DNA of 63,505 bases, counting the filler, from Chiloscyllium plagiosum (lineage: Eukaryota), in assembly GCF_004010195.1 (NCBI RefSeq). It is 3 parts of one record of this genome, joined end to end, with 100 filler letters (N's around TTAATTAATTAA, not from the genome) between each part and the next. Parts side by side here need not be neighbours in the genome. Positions count along the whole stretch, not along the records: positions 1 to 26,932 come from NC_057710.1; 2 more parts are not named here. The stretch is one strand, 5' to 3'. Position 1 is the stretch's first letter. Each line of letters starts with the position of its first letter. Position numbers and translations under genes: made by a program. The notes below the pieces were generated by a model. It was not told where the DNA came from. It did no database searches and was given only the letters and a program-made list of their open reading frames with translations. Below are positions 11,325 through 25,239 of this stretch, one piece after another.

Positions 11325-12125
11325 TAAAAATCACACACCAGGTTATAGTCCAACAGGTTTAATTGGAAGCATACTAGCTTTCGGAGCGACGCTCCTTCAT
11401 CAGGTGATAGTGGAGGGCTCGATCGTAACACTGAATTTATAGCAAAAATTTGCAGCGTGATGTAACTGAAATTATACATTGAAAAATTGATTGTCTGTTA
11501 AGCCTTTCATCTGTTAGAATACAGTGATAGTTTCACTTCTTTCATGTGTAAATCACAAAACCTTTTTTGCTATAAATTCTGTGTGTAGGATTGAGCCCTC
11601 CACTACCACCTGATGAAGGAGCGNNNNNNNNNNNNNNNNNNNNNNNNNNNNNNNNNNNNNNNNNNNNNNNNNNNNNNNNNNNNNNNNNNNNNNNNNNNNN
11701 NNNNNNNNNNNNNNNNNNNNNNNNNNNNNNNNNNNNNNNNNNNNNNNNNNNNNNNNNNNNNNNNNNNNNNNNNNNNNNNNNNNNNNNNNNNNNNNNNNNN
11801 NNNNNNNNNNNNNNNNNNNNNNNNNNNNNNNNNNNNNNNNNNNNNNNNNNNNNNNNNNNNNNNNNNNNNNNNNNNNNNNNNNNNNNNNNNNNNNTAGTGC
11901 AATGGTGATCACCTGTAATGTGACATGAACCCAAGGTCCCGGTTGAGGCCCTCCCTATGGGTACCGAACTTAGCTATCAGCCTCTGCTCGGCCACTTTCC
12001 TCTGCTGCCTGTCCTGAAGTCCACCTTGGAGGATGGTCCGAGGCTGAATGTCCTGGACCACTGAATTGGGAGGGAACTCTCCTGTCTGTTGATTGTTGTG
12101 CGGTGCCCATTCATCTGTTGTCTCC
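11325..12125. mobile_element. Penelope-like element family B: inverted-repeat end plus GIY-YIG C-terminal fragment
   Basis: 11383-11445 is inverted relative to 11565-11623. Minus peptide ILQGGLQDRQQRKVAEQRLIAKFGTHREGLNRD. Confidence 0.8.
11372..11406 (-). ncRNA. Minimal type-I hammerhead ribozyme motif (PLE family B)
   Basis: Minus strand reads CAC-CUGAUGA-A-GGAGC-GUC-GCUCC-GAAA-GCUA-GU. Palindromic AGCU stem III; CUA triplet. Confidence 0.75.
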
Positions 12126-12199
12126 AAATCATGACTCCCTTAGAGAGTCAGCAGTGATCAGGTCCAGATAAAAGTCAGCATTCTTGGAAGAAGACCCGA

Positions 12200-12852
12200 G
12201 GCTGGGTCCACACCCCCCAACAACCCACCCTCCCATCCTGGCACCTTTCCCTGCCACCGCAGGAATTACAAAACCTGCGCCCACACCTCCTCCCTCACCT
12301 CTATTCAAGGCCCTAAAGGAGCCTTCCACATCCACCAAAGTTTTATCTGCACATCCACCAATATCATTTATTGTATCCGTTGCTCCCGATGTAGTCTCCT
12401 TTACATTGGGGAGACTGGATGCCTCCTAGCAGACCGCTTCAGGGAACATCTCTAGGACACTCGCACCAAATCAACTCCACCGCCCTGTGGCCCAACATTT
12501 CAACTCCCCCTCCCACTCTGCCGAGGACATGGAGGTCCTGGGCCTCCTTCACTGCCTATCCACTCCACCCTCCTCTCTGACCTATCACCTTCATCCTCAC
12601 CCCCATCCACCCATTGTACTCTTTGCTACCTTCCCCCACCCTACTTCCTGATCAATCAACTTCATCCTCACCACCATTCACCTACTGTACTCTATGCTAC
12701 TTTCTCCCCTCCCCGACCCTCCTCTCACTTATCTCTCCACCCTTCAGACGCTCTGCCTGTATTCCTGATGAAGGGTTTTTGCCAGAAACGTCGATTTTAC
12801 TGCTCCTCGGATGCTGCCTGAACTGCTGTGCTTTTCCAGTACCACTAATCCA
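12200..12852 (+). mobile_element. Penelope-like element 3' fragment (GIY-YIG plus hammerhead)
   Basis: NIIYCIRCSRCSLLYIGETG; CTGATGAAGGGTTTTTGCCAGAAACGTC at ~12765-12792. Confidence 0.85.
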
Positions 12853-13339
12853 CTCGACAAACAGGAACTGCATGTTGTAACAGAGGCCACACTCCCAACA
12901 GAACAAATAGGTCATCAGGGTGCACCATCTTGGAGGAGGTTCAGAGGAAAGCTGCCAGGTCTGAAAGTGGAAAGGCACTACCTGATGCAAAGGCACACCA
13001 ATGCCTGACCACCCTCCTCAAGCTGGAGACTCCAAACCACAGCAATGACCCAATGTTACCCATTGACTCAGAAAAACTCAACAAGCTTTTCCCAGATGGC
13101 AGTGACAAAGCCGAGAAGGGACCAAAGTAACCAGTTGGTACCACAAAATGGTGGCCACCAGCTGGTTTATGACCAGCCTGTAGGACAACATTTGGAGCAG
13201 TCCCATACAGTGTGTTGGGGGAGCAGTCACCTTGCGTTCCAATTTGTGCCAATTCTTCAGCAGGGCAAAGATGGACTCTGGGGTAGAGGAGGTGAGTGGT
13301 ACCCATGTGAAGCACCAGAATCCCTCTGACAAATGGTCC

Positions 13340-14380
13340 ATTTGACATGGACCAGCCTGAAGTCTCCACCGCATCTTCTCCACTTCCCACTCCTCCGCCC
13401 CTGAGCCCCGCCCCTCCAATCGCCACCAGGACAGAACCCCACTGGTCCTCACCTACCACCCCACCAACCTTCATATATATCGTATCATCCGTCGTCATTT
13501 CTGCCACCTCCAAATGGACCCCACCACCAAGGATATATTTCCCTCCCCTCCTCTATCAGCGTTCCGAAAAGGCCACTCCCTCTGACTCCCTCATTTTGTC
13601 CACAACCCCCACCAACCCAACCTCCACTCCCGGCACCTTCCCCTGCAACCCAAGAAATGCAAAACTTGCGTCCACACCTCCCCCCTTACTTCCCTCCAAG
13701 ACCCCAAGGGATACTTCCATATCCGCCACAGATTCACCTGCACCTCCACACACATCATTTACTGCATCCGCTGCACCCGATGTGGCCTCCTATACAGACA
13801 GGCCGCCTACTTGCAGAACGTTTCAGAGAACACCTCTGGGACACCCGGACCAACCAACCCAACCACCCCGTGGCTCAACACTTCAACTCCCCCTCCCACT
13901 TCACCAAGGACATTCAGGTCCTTGGACTCCTCCATCGCCAGACCATGGCAACACGACACCTGGAGGAAGAGCGCCTCATCTTCCGCCTAGGAACCCTCCA
14001 ACCACAAGGGATGAACTCAGATTTCTCCAGCTTCCTTCTTTCCCCTCCCCCTACCTTGTCTCAGTCCCAACCCTCGAACTCAGCGCCACCTTCCTAACCT
14101 GCAATCTTCTTCCTGACTTCTCCGCGCCCACCTCCACTCCAGCCTATCACCCTCACCTTAACCTCCTTCCACCTACCACATTTCCAACACCCCTCCCCCA
14201 AGTCCCTCCTCCCTATCTTTTATCTTAGCCTGCTTGGCACACTTTCCTCATTCCTGAAGAAGGGCTCATGCCCGAAACATCGATTCTCCTGCTCCTTGGA
14301 TGCTGCCTGACCTGGTGTGCTTTTTCAGTAACACATTTTCAGCTCTGATCTCCAACATCTGCAGTCCTCACTTTCTCCTA
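13340..14380 (+). mobile_element. Penelope-like element 3' third with complete 3' tail
   Basis: PLVLTYHP, Cys linker, IIYCIRCTRCG, ERFREH..VAQHFNSPSH..EERLIFRLGTLQPQGMN. Hammerhead at ~14250-14282. Tail AGCTCTGATCTCCAACATCTGCAGTCCTCACTTTCTCC. Confidence 0.9.
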
Positions 14381-14756
14381 GTCCCAAACAATGGTTGATC
14401 CTTGAGGAGGGTGCCACAGAGTAGACCTCCTGGCACTTGTGCATCCTCCACAGGTCAGCTAGGTCTGTGACCATGAGGAACACAGCTGATGGTGTATGTT
14501 GAAAGAACCATCTCCAGCCCCAGCATGTGCAGAGCCAAACCCCACATCCACTTTAGATGGGACTAGATTGGGTTGGGATATCTGGTCGGCATGGACGGGT
14601 TGGACCGAAGGGTTTGTTTCCATGCTGTACATCTCTATGACTCTAAGAGGCGCAGCAATGGCTCCACGCAGAGGGAAGCCCTGACGTACTCCTCTCCCAG
14701 GGTGTACTGGCTCTGTCAGGGAACCGTTAACCTTCACTAGGCACTCCGCAGATTCA

Positions 14757-14940
14757 ACTAGGAGAAAGTGAGGACTGCAGATGCTGGAGATCAGAGCTTA
14801 AAAATGTTTTGCTGGAAAAGCGCAGCAGCTCAGGCAGTATCCAAGGAGCAGGAGAAGAAGGGCTTATGCCTGAAACATCGATTCTCCTGCTCCTTTGATG
14901 CTGCCTGATCTGCTGCGCTTTTCCAACAACACATTTTTAA
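14757..14940. mobile_element. Palindromic PLE-derived insertion
   Basis: 14-bp duplication ACTCCGCAGATTCA at 14743-14756 and 14941-14954. Confidence 0.85.
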
Positions 14941-15844
14941 ACTCCGCAGATTCAGGGGACAAAGTACGTCCTGAGCCCAAATATTCACAGAATCCCGAGC
15001 AGATATTCACTTTCTACCCTGTTGAACACCTTTCCTGATCAAGGGAGAGAAAGGTGCTCGACAAGCCAGCCCTCTGGGAATAATGGATCATATCCTGGAC
15101 AAGGTAGATGTTGTGGATGCTCCGGTCCAGAACAGGATAGGACTAGTCTTGGTGGATCATGTAGTACAGCACAGTGCCAAAGGGAGTCAAAAGGACCCGA
15201 GCAACGGTTATGTAGGCCGTGCTGAGGAGGGAGATCAGACACGAATTCTTGAACAAACAGAGATCCCCCTTCTTAGGCAATAGAGTGATGATGTCCCTGC
15301 ACCAAGAAAGGGACATCTCTCCAGTCACAATATATTCCTCCAGGACCCACACATAGCTCTCCCCTGACATCCCAGAACACCTGAAGAACACCATGGAAAG
15401 ACCAGCGAGGACACTGTTCAGCTCCTCCAAGTTCAGAGGGGTATCAAGCCTCTCAGTACCCTTGGGGCTGACCTGCAGCAGGTCCTCCCACACAACTTTG
15501 AGAGCTTCCTCACCGGACAGATCCGGAGAGAAGAGTGCCCTATAATAGTCCCTCACTTGGGTTCTGATGGCCTCCAGACATAAGACAAGGGATCCATTGT
15601 CAGCTCACAGCACATGGAGCTGCTCGCAGACCGCATGCTTTTACCCCAAGTTCACAACCTGGGACCCAATAACATGCAGATCCCGGAGCATGGCCTTCTT
15701 TTATTTGTATGCATCCGCAGGGTGAGGTCTACGTCGGCCTGACCAAGACATGGCCCCATGTCAAGTACCTCCTTCTCCAACCCCTCAATCCTGGATTTTT
15801 GCCACTTCCTCAACTCGATGTCACCGATCACCTGTAGACCACTC

Positions 15845-18228
15845 TGAAAAGGAAGGGTGAGCAGCCAGTTGTCGTGGTGCATATAGGCACCAATGATGTA
15901 ATTAAAAAAAAAAACGAGATGAGGTCCTGAAAGTAGAATTCAGGAAGCTTGGAGAGAAGTTAACGAGGAGGACCTCAAAAGGTAGTGATCTTGGGATTAC
16001 TACCGGTGCCACTTGCTAGCCAGGGTAGACCGCCCCGTGGCTGAACACTAACTCCCCCTCCCACTCCGCCAAGGACATGCATCTAGGAACCCTCCAACCA
16101 CAAGGGATGAATGCTGATTTCTCCAGCTTCCTCATTTCCCCTCCCCACATCTTATTTCAGTCCCAAACCTCGGACTCAGCACCGCCTTCTTGACCTGCAA
16201 TCTTCTTCCCGACCTCCCCGCCCCCACCCCCTCTCCGGCCTATCACCCTCACCTTAACCTCCTTCCACCTATCGCATTCCCAACACCCCTCTCCCACGTC
16301 CCTCCTCCCTACCTTTTATCTTAGCCTGCTTAGCACACCTTCCTCATTTCTGAAGAAGGACTTATGCCCGAAACGTCGATTCTCCTGCTCCTTGGATGCT
16401 GCCTGACCTACTGCGCTTTTCCAGCAACACATTTTTCAGAAATGAAAGAATAGGTAGGTTGAAACCTGGCTTGAGGGATGGTGTAGGAGGGAGGGGTTCA
16501 AGTTTGTGTGACATTGGGACCGGTTCTGGGGAAGGTGGGACTATTACAAATTGGATGGTCTACACCTGAACCAGACGGGAACTAATGTTCTTGGGGGAGT
16601 TTTTGCTACTGCTGTTGGGGAGGGTTTAAACTAATATGACAGGGGGCTGGGAACCAGAAGAGAAGACAAGTAGACAGCGAGGTGGAAACTAGAGACTGTA
16701 AGATTCTTGAAGTTAGCATTACAAAAGGGAAGAGTAGGTAGAGAACAGATGAATGCAAAGGTAGTCTGAGTGCATATACTTTAATGCAAGGAGTATAGTG
16801 GCTAAGGCAGATGAACTTAGAGCTTGGATTGGTGCCTGGGAGTATGATGTTATTGTAATCATTGAGACTTGGTTGAAGGAAGGGCATGATTGGCAATTAA
16901 ATGTTCTAGTATATAAATACTTCAGACTGGACAGGGAGGGGAGTAAAAGGCAAGGGGCGGAATTGCATTGCTGATCAGGAATTATATCACGGCTGTGCTA
17001 AAGGAGGACACTATGGAGGGCTTGAGTAGTGAAGCGTTATAGGTGGAGCTGAGAAATAAGAAGGGTGCAGTTACACTATTAGGGCTGTGTTACAGGCCTC
17101 CCAATAGTGAGCATGAGGTAGAAGAACAAATAGGTAAACAGATTATGGGGTAGAATTTGTAAGAAGTGTCCAGGAGAGTTTTCTAGAGCAGTATGTCAAT
17201 AGCCCAACTAGGGAAGGGGCCATATTGGACCTGGGATTGGGAATGAGCCAGGCCAGGTGGTAGAAAATGGGGTGGGGGATTTCTTTGGGAACAGTGACCA
17301 CAATTCTGTAAGTTTTAGAATACTCGTAGACAAAGATGAGAGTGGTCCTAAGGGAAGAGTACTAAACTGGGCCAAGGCCAATTATATCAAAATTTGGTAG
17401 GTGCTGGGTAATGTGAGGAGAAAGTGAGGTCTGCAGATGCTGGAGATCAGAGCTGAAAATGTGTTGCTGGAAAAGCGCAGCAGGTCAGGCAGCATCCAGG
17501 GAACAGGAGAATCGACGTTTCGGGCATAAGCCCTTCTTCATAAGCCATTCCTGAAGAAGGGCTTATGCCCGAAACGTCAATTCTCCTGTTCCCTGGATGC
17601 TGCCTGACCTGCTGCGCTTTTCCAGCAACACATTTTCAGCTGGGTAATGTGGATTGGGGGCAGTTATTTAAAGGAAGTCCATATTTGATTTGTGGGAGGC
17701 TTTCAAAGATAGGTTGAAGATAGTGCAGGATAGGCATTTCCTTTGAAAGCAAGGAAGAGGAAAGGCAAGATTTGTGAACCATGGATGACAGGAGAAACTG
17801 TGCGACTAACCAAAAGGAAACGGGAAGCATACATAAGGTCCAGGCAGCTAAGAACGGAACAGGCCCTGGAGGAATATCGGGAGAGTAGGACCAACCTTAA
17901 ACGAGGAATCAAGCTGACTAAAAGTGGTCATGAAATAACTTTAGCCAGCAGACTTAAGGAGAATCCAAAGGCTTTTTATTCATGTATAAGCAAGAGGGTA
18001 ACGAGAAAAAGGATTGGTCCACTAAAGGATAAGTAAGGAAGGAAGGAAGGAAGGCTGGCTGTGTGTTGGCCCTGAGAAAATAGGTGAGATTCTGAATGAT
18101 TACTTTGCATCAGTGTTCACTGAGGAGAGGGACATGATGAATGTTGCGATTAGAGATAGAAGTTTGTTTACTCTGGATCACATTGACATTAGGAGGGAGG
18201 ATGTGTTGGGTAGGCTAAAGGATACTAA
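15845..18228 (+). mobile_element. CR1 LINE ORF1 C-term plus ORF2 endonuclease region, with PLE insertions at ~16029-16440 and 17416-17638
   Basis: VVVHIGTNDV, HLNQTGTNVL, FNARSIVAKADEL, IIETWL, YRPPNS, GNSDHNSV, KENPKAFY. Confidence 0.88.
17416..17638. mobile_element. Palindromic PLE-derived insertion
   Basis: Near-perfect inverted arms of ~90 bp. 13-bp duplication GCTGGGTAATGTG at 17403-17415 and 17639-17651. Confidence 0.88.
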
Positions 18229-18229
18229 G

Positions 18230-20565
18230 GTAGAATTGCATACAATACTCCAACAGTGACCTAACCAATGTCCTGTACAGCTGCAACATGACCTCCCAAC
18301 TCCTGTACTTGAAACGCTGACCAATAAAAGAAAGCATACCAAACGCCTTCTTCACTATCCTATCTACCTGCGACTCCACTTTCAAGGAACTATGAACCTG
18401 CATTCCAAGGTCTCTCTTCCGAGGGAGCAACACTCCCTAGGACCTTACCATTAAGTGTATAAGTCCTGCTAAGATTTGCTTTCCCAAAATGCAGCACCTT
18501 GCATTTATCTGAATTAAACTCCATCTGCCACTCCTCAGCCCATTGGCCATCTGATCAAGATCCTGTTGTAATCTGAGGTAACCCTCTTCGCTGTCCACTA
18601 CACCTTGAATTTTGATGTCATCTGCAAACTTACTAACTGTACCTCTTATGCTCGCATTCAAACCATTTACATAAATGACGAAAAGTAGAGGACCCAACAC
18701 TGATCCTTGTGGCACTCCACTGGTCACAGGCCTCCAGTCTGAAAAACAACCCTCCACCATCACCCTCTGTCTTCTACTTTTGAGCCAGTTCTGTATCCAA
18801 ATGGATAGTTCTCCCTGTATTCCATGAGATCTAACCTTGCTAATCAGTCTCCCATGGGGAACCTTGTCGAACGCCCTACTGAAATCCATATAGATCACAT
18901 CTACTGCTCTGCCCTCATCAATCCTCTTTGTTACTTCAAGGTGACCAGTGGTGCTCCACAGGGATCAGTGCTGGGGTCACTGTTGTTTGTGATATACATA
19001 AATGATCTGGAAGAGGGCATTGGTCTGATTAGTAAGTTTGCAGATGACAGAGATTGATGGAGTAGAAAGTATAATCAAAGAATACAGGAGAATATTGATA
19101 GATGGGGAGTTGGGTGGAAAAATGGTAGATGGAGTTCAATCTAGGCAAATTTGAGGCGATGCATTTTGGAAGGTCTAATTCTGGAGCGAAATACACTGTA
19201 AACGGAAGAGCCTTGGTAAAAGTTGATGGGCAGAGAGATCTGGGAGTGCAGGTCCATTGTACCCTGAAGGTTGCTGCACAGGTGGACAGAGTGGTCAAGA
19301 AGGCATATAGTATGCTTGCCTTCATTGGACGGGGTATTGAGTAGAAGAGCTGGGAAGTCATGTTAAAATTGTACAAGACATTGATTTGGCCGCATTTAGA
19401 ATNNNNNNNNNNNNNNNNNNNNNNNNNNNNNNNNNNNNNNNNNNNNNNNNNNNNNNNNNNNNNNNNNNNNNNNNNNNNNNNNNNNNNNNNNNNNNNNNNN
19501 NNNNNNNNNNNNNNNNNNNNNNNNNNNNNNNNNNNNNNNNNNNNNNNNNNNNNNNNNNNNNNNNNNNNNNNNNNNNNNNNNNNNNNNNNNNNNNNNNNNN
19601 NNNNNNNNNNNNNNNNNNNNNNNNNNNNNNNNNNNNNNNNNNNNNNNNNNNNNNNNNNNNNNNNNNNNNNNNNNNNNNNNNNNNNNNNNNNNNNNNNNNN
19701 NNNNNNNNNNNNNNNNNNNNNNNNNNNNNNNNNNNNNNNNNNNNNNNNNNNNNNNNNNNNNNNNNNNNNNNNNNNNNNNNNNNNNNNNNNNNNNNNNNNN
19801 NNNNNNNNNNNNNNNNNNNNNNNNNNNNNNNNNNNNNNNNNNNNNNNNNNNNNNNNNNNNNNNNNNNNNNNNNNNNNNNNNNNNNNNNNNNNNNNNNNNN
19901 NNNNNNNNNNNNNNNNNNNNNNNNNNNNNNNNNNNNNNNNNNNNNNNNNNNNNNNNNNNNNNNNNNNNNNNNNNNNNNNNNNNNNNNNNNNNNNNNNNNN
20001 NNNNNNNNNNNNNNNNNNNNNNNNNNNNNNNNNNNNNNNNNNNNNNNNNNNNNNNNNNNNNNNNNNNNNNNNNNNNNNNNNNNNNNNNNNNNNNNNNNNN
20101 NNNNNNNNNNNNNNNNNNNNNNNNNNNNNNNNNNNNNNNNNNNNNNNNNNNNNNNNNNNNNNNNNNNNNNAACAGCCCTTCCATCATCTATCAACTTGGT
20201 CACTTCCTCGAAGAACTCTATTAAGTTGGTAAGGCACGATCTCCCCCGCACAAAACCATGTTGCCTATCGCTGATAAGCCCATTCTTTTCTAAATATAAA
20301 TAGATCTTATCCCTCAGCACCTTCTCCAGCAACCGACGTCAGGCTCACAGGTCTGTAGTTACCCGGAATATCCCTACTACCCTTCTTGTACAGGGGGACA
20401 CATGAGCAATCCTCCAGTTCTCTGGTACTTCATCTGTATTTAAGGATGCCACAAAGAATGCTTAGGAATTAGGCGAAAGGTTTAGACTGTGGATTTGGAT
20501 CGGCTCAGGCTTGGAGGGCCGAAGAGCCTATTCCTGGGCTGTAAATTTTCTTTGTTCTTTGTTTA
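18230..20565. mobile_element. CR1 RT fragments in alternating orientation (minus 18230-18938, plus 18939-19402, minus 20171-20455, plus tail 20460-20565)
   Basis: DFSRAFDKVPH, GVPQGSVLGP, KFADD, GRSCLTNLIEFFE motifs. Confidence 0.85.
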
Positions 20566-21284
20566 ACCCCATGCGTACTTCTGACAGAGGACATGGACAG
20601 GAGTCTTACCCATATCCTACGACAGCCTCCTCCTATAGCCAGTCCAGAAGTGACAAAACGAGTTCTAGAACCACTCATCATCCAGCAGCAGGTTGTTAAG
20701 GTGCCAGTACACTGACCATGTCCTGGCACTGAATGGAACAAGCTCCGCCCATACCAGGCTGTGATCGGAGAACGGTACCTGACATATGGAGGCTTTTGGA
20801 ACAAAAGCTGCCGTACGCCCTAGAAATGTAAAGGCGGTCAATTCCAGACACAACGACCCCAGGCCTCAGAAAGAGGAAGACGATGGAATAGGTATAGAGA
20901 TTTCACCAGATGTCTACCAAGTCAAAGATGTGAGCCAAGTCCCTCAACATCCTCATCGATGCTGAGCTCTTCTGTGTACTGCCATAGTCCCACCTCTCAA
21001 GGGTGCAATTGAAATGCACACCAGGAAGGTTGAGCTTGCCATCACTGATGGAGTTAAGAGGCAACACTTCCTCCAAGAAGCAGGTCTACTCAGGTCCCAT
21101 CCAAGGTAAGTATATGTTCACACAGTGAAGTACTGTGCCTTCGAAACGAATAGTGAGTTTGGGCATATGGCCGAGTGCATGGTCCTTGACCCTCAATATC
21201 TCCGGACAGAACAAAGGGGCCAATAGAATAGCCATCCTGCCAGAATTTGAAGCCAGGTGACGCCTGAAGACCCTTCTCCTTCAC

Positions 21285-22473
21285 TCTAGAAGTCATAGAG
21301 ATGTACAGCATGGAAACAGACCCTTCGGTCCAACCTGTCCATGCTGACCAGATATCCCAACCCAATCTAGTCCCATCTGCCAGTGCCCAGCCCATATCCT
21401 TCCAAACCTTTCCTATTCATCCACCCATCCATATGCCTCTTAAATGTTGCAATTATACCAGCCTCCACCACTTCCTCTGGCAGCTCATTCCATACACGTA
21501 CCACCCTCTGCGTGAAAACGTTGCCCCTTTGGTCTCTTTTATATCTTTCCCCTCTCACCCTAAATCTATGTCCTCTAGTTCTGGACTCCCCGACCCCAGG
21601 GAAAAGACTTTGNNNNNNNNNNNNNNNNNNNNNNNNNNNNNNNNNNNNNNNNNNNNNNNNNNNNNNNNNNNNNNNNNNNNNNNNNNNNNNNNNNNNNNNN
21701 NNNNNNNNNNNNNNNNNNNNNNNNNNNNNNNNNNNNNNNNNNNNNNNNNNNNNNNNNNNNNCCGCTAAGATTTGCTTTCCCAAAATGCAGCACCTCATAT
21801 TTATCCAAATTAAACTCCATCTGCATCTTCTCAGCCCATTGGCCCATCTGGTCAAGATCCTGTTGTAATCTGAGGTAACCCTCTTCGCTGTTCACTACTC
21901 CTCCAATTTTGGTGTCATCTGCAAACTTACTAACTGTACCGCTTATGCTCGTATTCAAATCATTTATGTAAATGACAAAAAGTAGAGGACCCAGCGCCGA
22001 TCCTTGTGGCACTCCGCTGGTCACAGGCCTCCAGTCTGAAAAACAACCCTCCACCACCACCCTCTGCCTTCTACCTTTGAGCCAGTTCTGTATCCAAATG
22101 GATAGTTCTCCCTGTATTCCATGAGATCTAACCTTGCTAATCAGTCTCCCATGGGGAACCTTGTCGAACACCTTACTAAAGTCCATATAGATCACATCTA
22201 CCTCTCTGCCCTCATCAATCTTTTTTGGTACTTCTTTAAAAAACTCAATCAAGTATGTGAGACATGATTTCCCACGCACAAAGCCATGTTGACTATCCCG
22301 AATCAGTCCTTGCCTTTCCAAATACATGTACATCCTGTCCCTCAGGATTCCCTCCAACAACTTGCCCACCACCGAGGTCAGGCTCACCGGTCTATAGTTC
22401 CCTGGCTTGTCTTTACCACACCTCTTAAACAGTGGCACCACATTTGCCAACCTCCAGTCTTCCGGCATCTCCT
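21285..22473 (-). mobile_element. Young 5'-truncated CR1 LINE (RT frame open up to gap)
   Basis: ORF 21575-22483: EDWRLANVVPLFK, NYRPVSLTS, DFSKVFDKVPH, KFADDTK. 3' tail at ~21290. Confidence 0.93.
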
Positions 22474-24362
22474 GAAACGGCATGGGTTTCTTCCTGGAGA
22501 CTCACTATGTGCTTTCATTCCCCGAGGGGTGAAAGAATGTGAAATCTACACTGAACTGTCCAGCTGCCATTGACATTCAGGCTGGCTTTTGATGTCTTCA
22601 TGACTGTAGTACAGGCCACCACTGTTTTAACTGATAATGAAAACCACTGATTGAGCGGACAGAGGGGCTGTTTATTCTACCTCCACTCCCTGAGAATGCC
22701 ACAAGAGAATCCCTGGCACTGTTGCTTCATGTTCTTGTCCATTTCTGGTCCATCTATAGCTGCCGGGCAAACATGACTAGAAGCAGTAGAGAATTCTACT
22801 GGTCCACAGGCAACCGGACTCTGTCTCAGTGACACAGTGCCACTTGTAAAAAGTTCTGGAGTTCCCCAATTGGGATGAGGGGGACCTAGTCAGCAAGCAC
22901 CACGTCTCTCTTGCTGAGGTACCCATGACCGATGCCCTCAGGGGCAGCAATAGGACAATCCTTTGCAGGAACCTCCAAGTCCTGGAGTATACCAGACTCA
23001 AACAGAGTTAAAACTCACACAACACCAGTTATAGTCCAACAGATTGATTCGGAAGCACTAGCTTTCGAAGCACTACTTCTAAACAACCACTTGATGAAGG
23101 AGCAGAACATTGACTAAAATGTTGGGTCCCCAGGGCAGCAGTAATTTGAAAACCTGCTCCATTCGGAGCTGAGCAACCCTCCATGACAAGGAAAATATCC
23201 CCAGCAAGGGCAGGGGTGCCTGGCATAAAGGACTGGGAGGGAGTGAGGAGCCTCCTTCCTTCATCACTACCATCCAGGGTAAGTAACTATATCACAGTTC
23301 CCAGTCAGCACAGTAGCACCTCAAAGCCTTCCTTGTGGCAAGACCTCAGCAGCCACATTATCACAGCCTCTGATGCGTCTGCTCCCATGGGAAGTGGTAT
23401 TAGTACTGGGCTCCCATGACCCTCTGACCCTCAGGAGTGGCACCTTTACTGGGAAGATGGGGCAATAAGAAACACCTCCTCTCCACTTTCTTGCTGCCAC
23501 CCCTCCCCTTTAAAACCTTCCCTTTATCTTTGTCCCTCATGGATTTCGGGTCATGTGAGGGGCCAGGGAATATTGAGGGAACCACCTGTGCATTCATGGT
23601 TTTCTCAATGAGGACCCCTGGGCTCGGGTCCAAACGCACACCTTTCTGATGTGCTCTCCTTTGTGACGGATCCCTCCCCAGGTTGGGGGTTGATGGCCTC
23701 AGGCCACCTGGGGAATCCTTTAGGGAGGCTGACCCCAAGCACTTAGTCTTCTTCTGGACTTTCCTCTCCTGCAGATACTCTCCTCCCACCTCTTTGGTGT
23801 CTGTAAATAACGTAGCTCTCACCATTCGGGGCCAAGGTGGGGGTGGGGGGCCGGTGGGGGGTGGGGGGATCACGAGGTAAAGGGCGACTGTGCAAACAGT
23901 GGCTACAGAGGTGTTGACAGCTGCCTTCAAGGCAGGACAGTTTCTCCAGAGGTGCCTCCTTGCAGTATGACACCTCATACCCTTCACCAACTAGAACCTC
24001 CAGTCAGCAGCACTCTTGTGTTGAACTGTAAAGGTGCTCACCATGACCTCTTCCTGGGCCAGGCAGATGAAAATCTGTTGCTGTCAGAAATAAATGTTTC
24101 TCAGCCAGGCCTCCTTCAGATTGAGCAGTAGCAACACCATACCTGACCTCACCTCCCCTCGCTGGCAGAGGTGGGAAGAGAATGAGCTTAGATGATACAA
24201 AGAGTGGGAAGTTTGATAAAATGATCCTCTGAGCAACTACTTCCAGCAGGCTGACAGACAAGAACATCCTACCGGCAGTAAGCCACTTCTCCAGGAGAGG
24301 TACACCACCCACTCAGTCTTCAGGAAGAACACACAGCCTTTCCATACATCTTCAACGCAGTG

Positions 24363-24540
24363 GGAGAAAGTGAGGACTGCAGATGCTGGAGATCAGAGCT
24401 TAAAAATGTGTTGCTGGAAAAGCGCAGCAGGTCAGGCAGCATCAAAGGAGCAGGAGATTCGACGTTTCGGGCTTAAGTCCTTCTCCTGTTCCTTTGATGC
24501 TGCCTGACCTGCTGCGCTTTTCCAGCAACACATTTTTAAG
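24363..24540. mobile_element. Palindromic PLE-derived insertion
   Basis: 15-bp duplication ATCTTCAACGCAGTG at 24348-24362 and 24541-24555. Confidence 0.85.
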
Positions 24541-25239
24541 ATCTTCAACGCAGTGACAATGGTGAGGATGCTGACTATCCCCACCAAAGCTGCTGCACCT
24601 GCCTCAATGGCCATGTCAGGGTGAGTGGAACATTTCATTCTGAGCTGTTTTGTTAAACATGAAACTACCTCCATGTCGGAATGACTGGGCCCTGCCCAGA
24701 ATGCTGTGTTAGAGTGTCTGCACTCACCATCACTCCCTCTAACCGCTGAAAAATCAGAACCACCACCACCACCTCACACAAATCATTGAAAAAGAATCTT
24801 ACAAAGTCTTGTTCAGCCTTGCTCGCCAGCACAGACAGTCCCTTAGGTTGTCATGTCCCAACGCACAGGTCCAAACAATAGGACACCAGACTTCTCAGGG
24901 TAGCAATAGCAGCCGGTCCCTCCAGGAGATAGGCTGCAGCATCCAAGACCTCAGGCTCCAAGCAACAATTGCACCTTCTCCCCGGGGTAGTAGATGTTAT
25001 TACACAGTCTTCAACTCATCAAGGAGAAATGCAGACCACCAGGCTTCCTGGAGTGGCAGCAGCAATGGAGAATCCCAAGTTCGAGTGCCCCAGGCACACA
25101 GGCTCCAGCACGACAGGCTCTCAGCCTTAATTAGCTCCAGCTGCTCTCAGTTCCAGCAGGTGTTGCCACTCCAGCCTCCGAGTTTCAATGACAGCAGCAA
25201 GTTGCAGGCTCCCAATACACTGCCTCTGCAGGGTGTTCC

